Assembly (NCBI RefSeq): GCF_000150275.1
Contig: NW_002060956.1
Coordinates: 1,300,280-1,364,279, forward strand
Direction: 5' to 3'
DNA from: Trichoplax adhaerens
Lineage: Eukaryota > Animalia > Placozoa
Length of the DNA: 64,000 nt
Of this stretch, positions 22,386-36,135 are shown piece after piece; positions within the stretch are counted from its first letter, which is position 1; each line of letters starts with the position of its first letter. Position numbers and translations under genes: made by a program. The notes under the pieces were generated by a model. That model was not told where the DNA came from. It saw only the letters and a program-made list of their open reading frames with translations, and did not search any database.

Positions 22386-24569
22386 TCAATTGGGATGAAT
22401 ATTTAATTGTTCATATCGCTTCTTCGCTTTTTTACTATAGTAAAGATCAAATATATTTTTTGATTGTTGTGATTGATTAATAGCATTTTTATAGTAATTA
22501 CTAGCAGTTACTTTATCGATATCAGTACCATAACCATACTGATGCATGATGCCTAAATGATAGAGTTGTGCCGGTCTTGCAGTCTCTAGAATTTGCTGAT
22601 AGAAATTACAAGCTTGCTTAAAATAGATTTTAGCTAATTCTTGATCATAAAAATCAATATTTTGATTATTTCTGTATAATTTACCCAGGCGATAATTTGC
22701 GTAGCCCTGCACACAACTAGTGGAAGCTGCTGCAAATTTATATAATTGTACAGCATTAGTTAAACGATCATTAATATCAGCTTTCCCCTTTTCGATTAGT
22801 TTAGCTAAACAACAACATGACTGTAAATTGCCTAGACGTGCAGCTTGAGCATAGCATTGAAGCGATGTTTGATAGTTGACTTCAACGCCTAGGCCATGTT
22901 CATACATATAACCAAGCATATCGTATGCTTCAGAACGATTATCCTTGCCAGTAATAGCAAAATCATAATCATTTGCGGTAGCACTTAGTAAACAATATAA
23001 ATAAGCCCGATGGAAATCTTGTTTAACTCCGCCCCAACCGTGAAAGTAGTAAAATGTTATATAAGATAATGTAGCCGCATAACCGTACTGCAAGGAACGG
23101 ATAAAATAGTACGAACTTTTAATTAAATTTTCTTGATAATGAGTATAGTACAACCCCATTAAAAATTGTGACAAGTGATGGCCATGTTCAGCTGCTGAGC
23201 AGCGATAGTTGATAATAATCATTTCACACTCTTCTTGATCAAGACTGATTCCGGTAGTATAGCCTTGGGAATACATTTCAGCGATATTATAGTAGCCGCT
23301 TGGATTACCCAATGCTGCCGCTTTATTAAAATATAATAGTGCTTTCTTGTTATCTACTTCTATGTTGGTAATATTAAGAAAAAGAGTTAAAAATCCCAGT
23401 TGATTATATGTGTCTGCTAATTGATGTTGAGTTAATTGATTGGATCGATTTCCATGATTAATAGTTTCAAGCAATTGTGAATGCAATCGGTGGATAGCTT
23501 CACGCCATAATGGCCAAATATCATAGCCTATACTAAGCTGATGATAAGCATCAGTGTAACCTTTACCGGTAGCAGCAGCTTTCACATACATCTTGACCTT
23601 TAATTCAATCAATTGTATATTATCAATCACCTTAACATAGCGATGCGATAAATTGCTATTATCGGTCAAAGTTAGTAAGGACGATGTTGTAGCTGCTATA
23701 TTAGAATGCCCACCAAGGCAAGAAAAATTATACAAATTATTTGCACAATCATCGCTTGATTGTGGCATACTGTGATCACCAATTGTTTCAACGCTTGCAG
23801 TTTCAGTCATAGTTGCAGCTGATTGCAGTATTTCTGGCGACGGACATTTTGTTACCACTTGCGTGGGGCGTTTAGTGCAATAATCATTACGGCTTGATAA
23901 ACGATGGCATCGCTTTTGACTAGAATATAACTGATATAGCATAAATTGAGCTCCAGGATGATTTTTATTGACTGCGCTTCGATAACATTTAAACGCTTTA
24001 TTGGCATCCATACCAATTGAACTAAGGCCATAGTGATAAATATAACCTAATTGATAGTATGCATGTGGATTATCGTTTTCTTTAACCTGTTGTTTATAGA
24101 TATCGATAGCTTTATCGTAGATCCATTTAACAAAATCATTAGAGACAAATTGATCGATAATCCTACCGATGTCTTGATTAACTTGAAGTTGATGATAATG
24201 ACTATCTTGACTATGATTTAAATGAAGAAATTGCAATGTTGGATCATTATCATTTTGAACTGATTGTAAACTATGTGGAAAACAGCTATCAATATGAGGA
24301 TTACTTAAGAAAAGTTCGATTAGCTGTTCCAAAGGTAAATTATTTCCATTGGCTAATTGGAATAGTTTACTTAGAGCTTCATGAATTGAGCTATCAATTT
24401 GACCATGGCGAACCTCTCTCAACCATCTTAATTGAAAAGCTAACGGATGGCTGCCTTGATTAGGTTGTCCGATATAAATATCTACGAATAACTCTTGTTG
24501 AGATGATATTCTTGGCGATAATACTGGAATATCATTAAATTGATTATAACGGCAGCGGATTAGTCTCAT
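22386..24569 (-). CDS. Intronless Sel1-like repeat (SLR) protein, 727 aa, with an uncharacterised ~165-aa N-terminal region
   Basis: Single uninterrupted ORF. Sel1-type motifs include AYYQLGYIYHYG..DANKAFKCYRSA, YNQLGFL..DNKKALLYFNKAAALGN, GYYNIAEMYSQG, YFHGWGGVKQDFHRAYLY, AYDMLGYMYEHGLGVEVNYQTSLQCYAQAARLGN, YHLGIMHQYGYGTDIDKVTASNYY. No obvious signal peptide. Confidence 0.9.
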   Translation of the reverse strand: MRLIRCRYNQFNDIPVLSPRISSQQELFVDIYIGQPNQGSHPLAFQLRWLREVRHGQIDSSIHEALSKLFQLANGNNLPLEQLIELFLSNPHIDSCFPHSLQSVQNDNDPTLQFLHLNHSQDSHYHQLQVNQDIGRIIDQFVSNDFVKWIYDKAIDIYKQQVKENDNPHAYYQLGYIYHYGLSSIGMDANKAFKCYRSAVNKNHPGAQFMLYQLYSSQKRCHRLSSRNDYCTKRPTQVVTKCPSPEILQSAATMTETASVETIGDHSMPQSSDDCANNLYNFSCLGGHSNIAATTSSLLTLTDNSNLSHRYVKVIDNIQLIELKVKMYVKAAATGKGYTDAYHQLSIGYDIWPLWREAIHRLHSQLLETINHGNRSNQLTQHQLADTYNQLGFLTLFLNITNIEVDNKKALLYFNKAAALGNPSGYYNIAEMYSQGYTTGISLDQEECEMIIINYRCSAAEHGHHLSQFLMGLYYTHYQENLIKSSYYFIRSLQYGYAATLSYITFYYFHGWGGVKQDFHRAYLYCLLSATANDYDFAITGKDNRSEAYDMLGYMYEHGLGVEVNYQTSLQCYAQAARLGNLQSCCCLAKLIEKGKADINDRLTNAVQLYKFAAASTSCVQGYANYRLGKLYRNNQNIDFYDQELAKIYFKQACNFYQQILETARPAQLYHLGIMHQYGYGTDIDKVTASNYYKNAINQSQQSKNIFDLYYSKKAKKRYEQLNIHPN

Positions 24570-26829
24570 CTCGAATATGCCATTAATTAATATCGATCCA
24601 TCAGATTAGAAAGTATACAAGATGGGTATCATAAACGCAATTAATGCGACATAGAAAAGAAGTAGTTGTTAAATTACTTATGATTATTTGCCGCATAAAA
24701 AACTTGAATAGTAGTCGGTGAATTCTGTCGAATGATAATTACCTCCCTTATCTTCTCCAACTTAGGTATAACAACAGCTTTGACTAATTATTTAATATTA
24801 TTTCCAATATTTTTAAGTGAAATCCTCTTTCTTTTAATCAACAGTGAATCCACTTCTTTCGTTCTTGGTAGAGAATAAAATCTCTCCTTCTAACCAGAAT
24901 AAATAATAATTTAGTTGCCCAAAGATGTAGTTATTCTTTACTTTGATTCTATTTCCTTTTATGTTGTTAGTAAGTAACTTCTTTCTTCTCTTTTGCTGAT
25001 ATCAAACTTCATGTAGCGAGATACGGTAGTCCATTACAAATTGACTTTATCTATTTGCTTGGGATTGAGCATTAAGCGTTAATGTAATCTAAAACGGTAT
25101 CCATTACCATGTTAACAAAGATCGATCATTGCATCAATGATTGGAGTTAAATGTTTAAAATTGGTGCACGATAATGATTCATTAATACTGAAGAAAGATA
25201 TCAGAGTCAAAATTGTCCTAAGGCTTAGTTACGATGGCGATTATTATTTTATAATGCCACTTGCATCGATCCAAATACTGTTGTAAACTACAGATTGAAA
25301 GAGCAGCAAAAAATAACTCGAGTTTATTGTAAAGATACAGTATCAAGCCTTCAATATATTTTACAATTTAATATATAGGCCAGTATGCAGTACAGTAGTC
25401 GTAGTTCAAACAAATAGTAAGTTAGAATATGGAAAGATAGGGCAGAGAATGGGTGGGGAAGAATTTATTATACAGTGGTATAAAAATTAAATTACTTAAA
25501 TAAAGACTCATCAAAAGACGATCATTCAAGAAATTAAAGATGTAGAGGAATAATAAAGATAGCACCGCTGCGATGACGAAAAAGATCTATTTATTATATA
25601 TTATTAATAATGATCAAAGTTGACAAAGATTGATTTTCTTTTCATATTTAAATGAGGCTAAAGAAAGAATAAAATCTTCTTTAGTAAAATCTAACCAGAC
25701 CGAAGTCAAGAAGGGGGTTTATTCTTTTTTGACGTAGTACATATTTGTTATTGTAATAGGGTAGGCAAAGATAGAACAAAAAGAAAAAATAAATTTAATG
25801 ACATTCCAAAAAACAGGGAACGATCATATCTTTAAATTGATTTTTCTATCAATAAATATTACACGTAGAATTACAGTAATATCCATTTCCGTCATATTTA
25901 ATCTTAATGTAATGGACTATCGTTACTAAAGCGATGATTACTGACTAAGCCGTAGCCAATGGTTTAACATAGAATAGTCTACGGCCCCGCCGACTAACTT
26001 ATCATAAAAGATACCGCAGTGATAGGAGATCGGACGAAGATGATAGTACAGTATATCAAATACGGTAGATAGCCATTTCCTGGCATAACAAGACAACTAG
26101 GACTTATTTAACCTGTGCTGGTAGTATTTCATTGACAATTTCTTCTATTGTGGATATTATTTCCTTGGTCGACTAAGACAATAATGAAAATGCTAATTTC
26201 TAGATTATGTAGTGAAGAGTGTAGCCATAGCCGGTGATGTCTTACGTCTATGCATTCTTTCTATTCAGTCGTTATATTATTAAATATCAAAGCTTCCAGA
26301 CAGAAAACATGCCAAAGGAATTTATCTATTGTATTATTTTTTAAAAGACCAAAGCGATCAATACTATGCCATATATTAACCCTAATCCTTATTAACGTGC
26401 AAGATATCCTGTCAAAATTGAACATTTTAAATCGCATATCTTTATTTTATAAAGACCACTTCACAGTAATTATTTATAATAACTGCCGATATTATGCCTC
26501 TAGCCATGCTATTGACATGATCATAAATTTTTATCTTTGCTTTAGGATCAAAATACTGTAGTAGAAGATCATTTACTATCTACAAGTTATAATACACGGG
26601 CATCATAATATTTGTGTATTGATTGCATTAGATAGCATTTGAGAACTTGCAAATCTTTCGTAGCTTTGTGCACCATCATGTACTACTCTGATATAGGTCA
26701 GCTAACTTAAGGGCAAGTCTAGAGTTCACAGATATCTTGGCCATGACGCCGTTCGCCGGTCTAATGTCTGTCCAGTATTTACTGTCATATAGAGAATACA
26801 GTAATTGTCTACCCACCGCTATCCTTACC

Positions 26830-27890
26830 GATCAGCATAGTAAATTTCATACAGTTCTATCGGTTGTCGATACTGTAGTAAGTAATAGAAGGAAGAATTT
26901 TTGAAATAAGGTAGACGCAAAAGCTCTATATGCAGAATATCTTCCGTGTGCCATATGCTGAATAAAATCGGTTATCAAGTAAAGTGATATTCGCTAACTT
27001 AGCACTATCATTCGACCTTCGCATAGCGAATTATTGAAACGTTATTTATTATTAATATAGTAGTAGATTACAGAAAGGAAAGTGCCAAAAACAGATAAAA
27101 TGCAAGCGCAGAATAATATACCATATAATTTTCCTGCATCGTCTGTCTAAGAAGTATCATTATCATATTGATGGTCGCTAACTTGGCATTAGAATTTTAT
27201 TATAATCAGTCCAGCGAACTATTTCAAATTTATTAATTGTTAATATTACAGTAGATTACTGAATGAAGAGTATTTGAAGCTGATGGATTCCAAGAGCTGA
27301 ACAATATATAATTTACAATACTCCATATTTCTCATATCGTCTGTCTAATAAAATTCGCCATTATGCAAATAGATTTTTATTAATTTAGCATTGTCGTTTG
27401 TCTGTCATCATAGTGAATTGTTGTAATTTTACTAATTGTCAGTATTGAAGTCGATTGTGAAATAGAGAGCATCTACGTAAAAAAAGGTAAAAGGCAAGAA
27501 CTCAACAATGCATGATATACAGTATATTCTTCGAATCATCTGTCTTAGACTGCTTGTTGCCAAGTTAGCATTATCATTGCTTGACAGCATATTACATTAT
27601 AGTATTTGTAACCTTATTAATCGGCGACATTGAAGCAGATTAAAAAATAAGTGAGTAAGAATAGTAAGAAAAAAGATACCAAAAATACGCCATATACACT
27701 TTATATTGCCGCTTTGTCCGTCTAAGATTCGTCTAAGATTCGTTATAAGAAGAATTGATGATTATTAACTAAGTACTGTTATTGCTAACCGAATAGTAAG
27801 CTATTGTAATTTTATTAGTTGTCGATATTAAAGTACATTAGAAAATGATTATCTGAAACTAGAAAATGCAATAGCTGAATAAAAAGAAGA
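26830..27890. repeat. Degenerate tandem repeat, ~185-200 bp period, 5-6 copies
   Basis: Homologous anchors recur in order: gtagattac-like at 27063, 27251, 27450, 27635, 27833; tcgtctgtctaa-like at about 27139, 27337, 27536, 27715; ctaacttagca-like at about 26994, 27178, 27381, 27561. A partial copy lies at about 26830-26895. Confidence 0.8.
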
Positions 27891-30800
27891 TATATGTATA
27901 ACGCATATTATGATACATACACGAAATTGTAAACTCAGCAGTAGGTAATAAGATTTAGCTTACTTAGTTTATAATAAAAGAAGATGAATATCCGCGTTAT
28001 AAAAAATAACACGGCATATCAAAGAAACATGAACTAAAAATCTACAAATATATATATTGTTATATATAAACATACCATGGTTTGTTCCTTTCAGTCTAAC
28101 AGTGTGTATGAGAATTTAGCTCAATTAGAAATCAATAACAAAAGTAAGCGTTATCTCGCGTGAAAAAGCATAATGTAAAGAAGTAAAACTAAATAATATG
28201 TGCTTGTATAGTAATACTAAAGCAAATATAAGAAAAGAAAATTATGTATAAACATGGCAGACTAAAGAATCTTCTGTATATAACAAAAACAAGAACTAAT
28301 AGATGTATAAAATACATACAAAGTATAGACTGATATATACTCCCTTAAATATAATAATTAGAATTTAGATTAGCTGATTTAGTAATCTTCACAACCATTT
28401 TGTCTGCAGTTAAATGATATACCGTAGAATATACAATCTAAGATTCCTAGTTCAGTTAGTAAAAATAAATATAAGGAACCTGCATATATGCATATCAGTA
28501 ATATGTCAGATCATCGATTCGTAAATTATCTGATCGACTTTAAATAGACCGGATATATTACTTATATATAACATATACTGTGTTATTTTAGTCCTTAGAC
28601 TGATAATGCATACTGTATTTTGCATATACATTTACTGTTGCATATAGGCGTATAGATACTGTGCAAACAAAAGCAATACTAATAATCACTAGTATAGCAT
28701 TATACATCCTAGGATATTTTGCCTATAAGTATACAGTTTATAATAGTGCTATAACTTTTATCACCACGATAGCAGACTATATAGGCGTTATGTAAAGAGA
28801 ATTCAAATCTCAATTTCTATTCACTGATGAAGACAATACGTGTATGGATAGAAAACTTTACAAAAATAATCTTTCTTTTATTTAGATTAAAAAAGTATTT
28901 TACTCAATATTGTACAAATGATGAAATTAATTAACATCCATAAGAGATATGATATAATACAAAAAATATAAATTGCCAGAAGCGATACTATACTAATTAT
29001 CCGCTTTAACTAAGAGCAGGATATACTGATCATTCGTCGAGTATTACTTGCCTTGAAATTGAGACTATATCCATAATAGGAATTTTTAAGTAAATAAAAT
29101 AGGATATTATAAATGATAAGGAGGGGTAAATAATGAAGAGGGAAATAAAAGTAATAATGTAGCTTGTGTAGGTGTGAGCAAGTGAAGGCAAGAAAAGGAT
29201 TCTTAACAACAACTAATTATAGCTGTAGAATTAAATGATTACCTCTATATCACTATAGTAATAGTGATAAATAGGTAGCCAAAAATCTATTACTCTATAG
29301 CCGGCAGCAAACCATTATCGCTTTATAGAGATATCCACCTATTTATACGTGTACGCAGATTAACATGTACCCTAGACATCCTTATATAGAAATATACAGT
29401 ATAATAAGCAAAGTAACTAATTCCGATGATACAATAAATAGGCAATTTTATCTACAAATATAGATAGATACGGTCATTTAGATTCATAAAGATTAACGAT
29501 TAGCTACTAGTGCTTAATATTTACACTACAAATCAGTCTGTAAAGTAAACGAAAACTGAATAATGATAGTGCTACACTTTACTTTACTGAGCAGATTTAA
29601 GTTACTAAATAACTATCCTGGAATATAATTTCCTCTCGGTGTGGCAACAAAGCTATCTATAATTAATTTATTCTATTCGTTTTAAAGTTTACAATACTAA
29701 CAAGCAGTTTTACGCCATCGAACCGATTTTTGTAACTTTACAAAAGTAAAAATAAAATATAATTAGATATTCTCTTGGCACTGACTGGTTTAGTAAATAC
29801 TTGAATTCTACTATAAACTGGTTAAATTCATTTTTCAATATGAATAATTAATTACCGTAACGATGAAGTAGAATATGTTGCATAGCACTATTAAGCTAAG
29901 TATTGTAAGACGGCATAATATTTTTTTGTTTTTTTATTATCTGTTTTAGTCCGAATTATCCCGTAGCAGACGTGATTTCTTATTTATTATTAAAATACAG
30001 ACAATACGCAAAATTTTGAAAGATCATGAACATACTCTTTCTGAAATGCGTCCTCATAATGCTGCGTTAATAAATTTATTGTTAAATTCATGATATATTT
30101 TACCTATGCTTGTACAGGAAATTGATTCTCTTTATAGACGCAATTTGGTCAATCAATTAAATTATTGAAATTTATAAGAATATATGCGTCGCCAAAACTC
30201 TGTATATGCGTATAATCTATTTTCGTTGCTAATCATGTCAATTTAATAATAGGTTACTTCGTTCACCTACGAAATAAAAAAAGTGGAATATTTAATAAAT
30301 TTTAAATTATTGTTCATGAGAAATAAACTGAAAATTATCTGCCACCAACCGTTCTCTAGAATCGAAAAATCAATTTGGCCACTTCAGTTACGAAATATTT
30401 TAAATCATTAAAATTTTAACCGAATATCTTTCGCAGCAGACTATCCTATATTATTTATTACCCATCGTCACTTACTTCATAAAAAAATCAATACTCAATA
30501 GACATAATATCAAGATATTTTTGCTTATTTAAGAATTTTACCACGGACAACCGTATCATACTGCCGAATAGAAGTCTTTGTTGCGATTGCTTTTATTCGA
30601 TCAAACAATATCAAATTAAATCAATTATATTACAGTATATGAGTTGTAGATATTTCTCTTGTAATAAAGGTCAGACATTGTTCAATAACCTCTGTCATAA
30701 GAGATTATCATTTGAGTTATTTTGGAAACGATATGATTATCCATCATGGAGACATGAAAGCTGCCAAAGACTTCATCTTTTTTTATAATCTTTAGCTAGA

Positions 30801-33800
30801 AAAATTAAAGAGTTAGGCATGAATTACAAAAAATCATTGCCATATCTAAAAAACTTCTAAGAGCGTTTTAACTAAATAAAGCTAGTTTTCGCTTCTTATA
30901 TTGCCCAACTAAAAAGCTATTGATTATTTGATCATTATTGTATGCATCACTGCTGTGAATTATCAGACATAGACATTCTAGTTAATAAGATTATTAATGT
31001 AACTCGCATCATATTGACATAATAAACACAAATAATAATTTAATCTTTATAATAATGCAATTCATAGGTTATGTGGAATCGTAGACAACATACTTAATAG
31101 TTTCCGTCCTGAAGTTTTTGTTATTTAACAAAAGTAGTTAATTTTTTGTGTTTGGAGCAAAAAGAATATGCAGTACGAAACTAGAAACTCAAGAGTAGTA
31201 GAACTTAAATTAGGATGTTGCCAGGTTTTAGCTAAAGGAAATTAAGACGTGCTTTTTTGCAATGAAATAAATTTAATATTTAAAGAAATCAATTGATTCT
31301 GAGTAAACTTATTTTTAAACAATAATTCAAAACTATATGTTTAGTTCCCTTTATTTATTATCTCATACTACACTCAAACTTTTAAAGTTATATTGGTAGT
31401 AACAACAGAATTTTTAATATAATTTCCAATTTTTAGTCTTTTTCGCGGTTTGTAAAGTAGTAGTAACGGATTTATATCGAAATTTAAATCATAGAATAAC
31501 TAAGATTGATCAAAACTACAGATTAAGTAATTAGTTAATAACTTCTTGCATACATATAACACTCGTAATTGCCTTATATTCTCTAGGATTAGTAGTTTAC
31601 AGTGTCGTACAAAAATATAACTTTGAAATCGCTTCCATTTCATTAAGAATCATATCATTATATTCATAAGAGTCACTTAAATACCAAAAATAGATCTAAA
31701 TTCCGAACAATAATGCCAAAATAAAATCTTTATATGCATAAACCATGGTTGTATTTGATCGAATCTAATGCAAAAAATAAATTCTACCGATGCGTATTTT
31801 CTATTACTACGGTCGAAATATTTACATATTGTACTTCAATGCATTGCCTGTACATCATATCAATAATCATAGCTTCTAATTTTAATCTTTATTCATTCTA
31901 ATTCTCAATCACCTTTAAAAATATCTGGAAGGCCTTTATAAATATCGGTCCTCGGCATTAGCTACAATTCCTACCCATCATTTCTGAACATGTGAAATAA
32001 AAGTATCTCACAATTATTCTATGCAATCTAGTCCAACTCTCACAAAATAGTTGTCTCAGGCAGACTTTTATTGCATAGTTAAGAATCGTAGAGTAATAGT
32101 TAACAAGAACGAGAATCTAATCTAAAGTATCCTGAGCTTCAAAAAAAGTGAAGTCTAGCCTCCAAGCTTATCTATGTAGTTCTTAAATACATTTCGTTTA
32201 ATCTATTTTCGGTAATAAATTTTTTTACGATGAGACTTGATTCATTAAACAGAAAACTTTTCCTCAAATAGATCATCAATATGTTTTACATTACGAACCA
32301 ATCCGCTAGGAAAATCATTACTCTTCGATCAATGTCCGTATTTCATAATTATAGGATATCAAGTCTCATAAACCAATATAGCATAGCTAGCTGGCTGCCT
32401 AATATTACTAATCAACAATTTCTAATATAATGTGGTAATTAGCAATCATCTAATATCAGGATCACGATAATATCTATTCTTAGGGACCTAATTATATCAA
32501 GTATAGCTATCAAAACACTATCAAATATGGGGTGCATCACAACAACATGGTATAGGGCCTATATTATAATAGTATAGGCAGCGTAACAAATTACAGGATT
32601 ATCAAGACTAATTATTAATGGCATATCAGATTATCTTGACGAATGAGCTATTTTTGGTCTAAGTTATGCATGACATCGAATAGCAATTTTATTACTTTTA
32701 AATCTGCTCGTAATCCTTACATTAATATGATTCATTGTAAAGTTAAGTTCTGCAATAATATTAAATCATCGCCTTATATTATCGGGTCTATCGCACAAGA
32801 AAAAGCAATATGAATGGGTATAAAATTAATATTTTAAATAGATATCGTCATTATTTTAACTATTTCCCTTTCATGTAGACAGTTTGAAAGAAATATGGAC
32901 TGGAAACGTAAGAGCAACGGCATCTTAAATGCTAACAACCTATTATAATTGCTTAAAATTTATACCTGATTTTACTCTTACAAAGAGTAATATTAGCTTG
33001 TAATAAGTAAAGTCGTATAAATCGCAATTTTTAATATTCTAGCTGAGTATATTTGAAATGGACGATTATAATCTGAATACCGAATAATTACCGAAGATGC
33101 CCTATCAAAGATTCTTAATCGGTATAAAATATCTAAATTTAATCATATGAGGATGAACTGAACTAAGGTAGCATAGATAATTGACAAGTATATTCCTTCA
33201 TGAATCTTAACATACTGTTCTTACTTTTAGTAACAAATGACATAGAACATATCTAGAACCCGCGAAATAATGACAAATAAGAACAGCAAGTCGTCTCTAG
33301 TAAGTATAGACTAGCCTTTACGGTAATATATGGTATATAAAATATCCAATTAGCAATCGCAACGTATACTCTTCGTTCTTAACGACGAAATTAAGGAGCT
33401 TACAAATTAGCTTGATAGATCAGATGTATACGTATATAACAATTATTTTGCATGTATATTATATCGATTTATAAGCGATAGATTGTAGTAACTGTTAATC
33501 TATAATGGTAAAAAAATTTTAACGGAATTTAAGCTGGGCTTAGATTTTTCGTGTAATCATTTAACTAATCATAGTCCGTAGTATTATGACCGAAAAACTA
33601 AAAAATGATAATCGTAGCCAATATCTTATACTATAAACAGGAAACCATTGCCGGCACCTTAAGTTAGCAATATTCTCCAGTTAAATTTAAATATTATCAA
33701 AGTAACATGCGATAATGTAATTGCTATTAGATTACAAACTCCAATATCTGATCGTTAAGAATTATTTATTACGCGAATCAATGAAGAATCAAATTAAATA

Positions 33801-36135
33801 ATTCCTATTTCAAGGGAATGATATTAACGGGACTTCATAGTTAATGGTTATGGCGTATTTTCTTTGATAATAATGAACATAAATTCTACTAAACTATCAT
33901 TCAGCACTGTAGTCGTATCATTATGATGTCTCTATTGGGTTCCCTATGACTTCCAGAGGACAATTTTCAGACACTCCATTTCTTTCGCTCTAGCTATCGA
34001 TAATACAGTTCCGTATTAAAGGTCGCCTTATTGCAGAATAATTTCTAGATTGTACCTTGTACAGTTGCATAAACTATTTGTTTCCAATTTTTCTATTTAT
34101 CTATATTATCAAGTGCAATATTTACGTCATATAAAGATCGATTTCTACTTAAATATCATTGATTCTAGATTATCCGCTCTTCTAATATGTAGTAGAAAGT
34201 TAAAATTATTGATGTTATGATTCTAGTCATGTGGAAAAGAAAATAAATCGTTTAGTGAGTTTTAGTCAGAAAAGTCAACAGTGGGTATAAATTAACCGTA
34301 CTGTAATCATTGGCAGCATTATTTTCTTACGCAAAATCCATTCCAAAGTTCAAGATGATAAAAATAAATTAATAAATATTACGAATTATGATAATATCAC
34401 ATTTATGGAATGTGAATGGAAATTGCAATTCAACTTTAGCCTTACTAAATATTGATTTAATTTTACTTATTCTCACTTCAATCGCAAATCAAATAAATCG
34501 ATTTAGCTAAAAGATTTACCCCTGCTTTTAAGTCTGAAGGTATGGATAACTCAATATCTCTAAATTGATGATTATCTTAGTCTTTCAATATAGACAGTTA
34601 AAAAAAACTCTAATCTTGCAAATATTCTTAGAAAGGTTTCAAATAAATTTTTTAGCAACTGATCGAAGCATTATGGTGCTACATTTTGTACAAAAAGCAT
34701 ACATCATTTTCTACATTAAGTAGCAACTATCGCTACTCTATTTTTTTTATATTTTCTTTTAATGGGTCTTACCTACAGTATTACTGTAGTTTAAATAACT
34801 TAATGGATAATGGTTTATTTACAACTGATACTTTTATGCAAAGTATATTCGTTAAAGCTACTGCTACGTCCATAAATGGACGTAAGAAACAGATTATATA
34901 GAGTAAATTTATAGTAAACCAAAAATTTATTTGCATCGATACTTTGGAATTGATCATATCGTGTCCTAAATCATTTAATATAGTTGATTAGCTTTGATGA
35001 AATGGATATTTGAGAGAGTAAGCTTGCAATCAATGTCAAGCATTCGCTTACAAATAAACATTTGTGTAAAACAGCTATTACCGCCAACATATTTCATGGC
35101 TGCAAAATAGTCAGCTATGTTTAATGCTCTACCCTACTACTGTCAGCTATGTTTACATAAATAACTATTGATGAGTGCTACATTTACAATATCATTTTAG
35201 CAATGGCTATATTTGAATTCAGATACGTTTAATTCCGCATTGTTGGCTAAATACGGTAGCAATGAAGAAGATAGGTACTGCAAATAGATAATAACGTATG
35301 CTGAGCATTAGCGAGCATAGCATCAATTAGACAGAAATCTCATTCGAACGGCAAGCTATGCGAGTTAGGCAAGTTATAACTATTACCCTCATAGCATAAG
35401 CAGCTAAAGGAAATTTCTTCTAGACAATTTAGTACAGTAAGATAGTTTTAAAATCAACACGTAACGGAAGAGAGATCGTGAGCTCTATGGCTGTAGCTGA
35501 AAACGTGGACCAAGCTATACATATAGTAATTTATCGTTAGTTTATTGACATCAAAATTTACCGATAGTCTGTAAGACTAGAGATGTTTCAATACGCTGTG
35601 TACAGGTAAAACAGAATTTGATGCTTCGCTAAACCGAGCAGCAATTTAGATTAAGCTTAGGTGTGCTAGATAAATCTAGCAAGATTCAACAATTTAGTGC
35701 TACCTCCTGAACAATAGACTATCGACAACTGGCATATTAAGCTTCTTTAGAGAATTAAATAGAAAGAAAGATTGTTTGTACAGAATTAATCAGAGCAATG
35801 TACCTTACTAATTTTAACTGCAACATCAATAGCAATCATCGATTTAATGCAGTTTGCATAATTATTAATTTACCATTTAGCTATTGGTGCTACAAGTTAC
35901 TTACTTGACTAGGGTTATGGTTTGTTGAAATAGTGAGAGCTATAACGGAGATAATTTTATGGTTTGGAAAAAAGTAAATTTACAGCTACCAACCCAAAAC
36001 GAATTGCTTTTACATCATCGATATAATAATGTTGAAGTAATCTCAAGTTTTATTGATTTTCCATCTAAAGTTTAATCACCTATATAATTACTTTTAAAGG
36101 ATAATAAGCCTACCAGCAAACGTCTAAATCCTAAG

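Noticed and set aside
24236-24463. Antisense ORFs over real genes (24236-24463, 55232-55585, 57852-58091, 2754-2942, 40437-40622, 48892-49074)
   Set aside because: These are shadow frames opposite well-supported exons and contain no motifs.
26830-27890. Regularly spaced repeats considered as a CRISPR-like array
   Set aside because: Eukaryotic context, no cas genes, and the whole unit is homologous and degenerate rather than identical repeats with unique spacers.
33070-33160. Short frame IITEDALSKILNR resembling the atlastin N-terminal LDExALxxIL motif (possible pseudo-exon)
   Set aside because: The similarity is only a few residues, no P-loop follows, and stops flank it.
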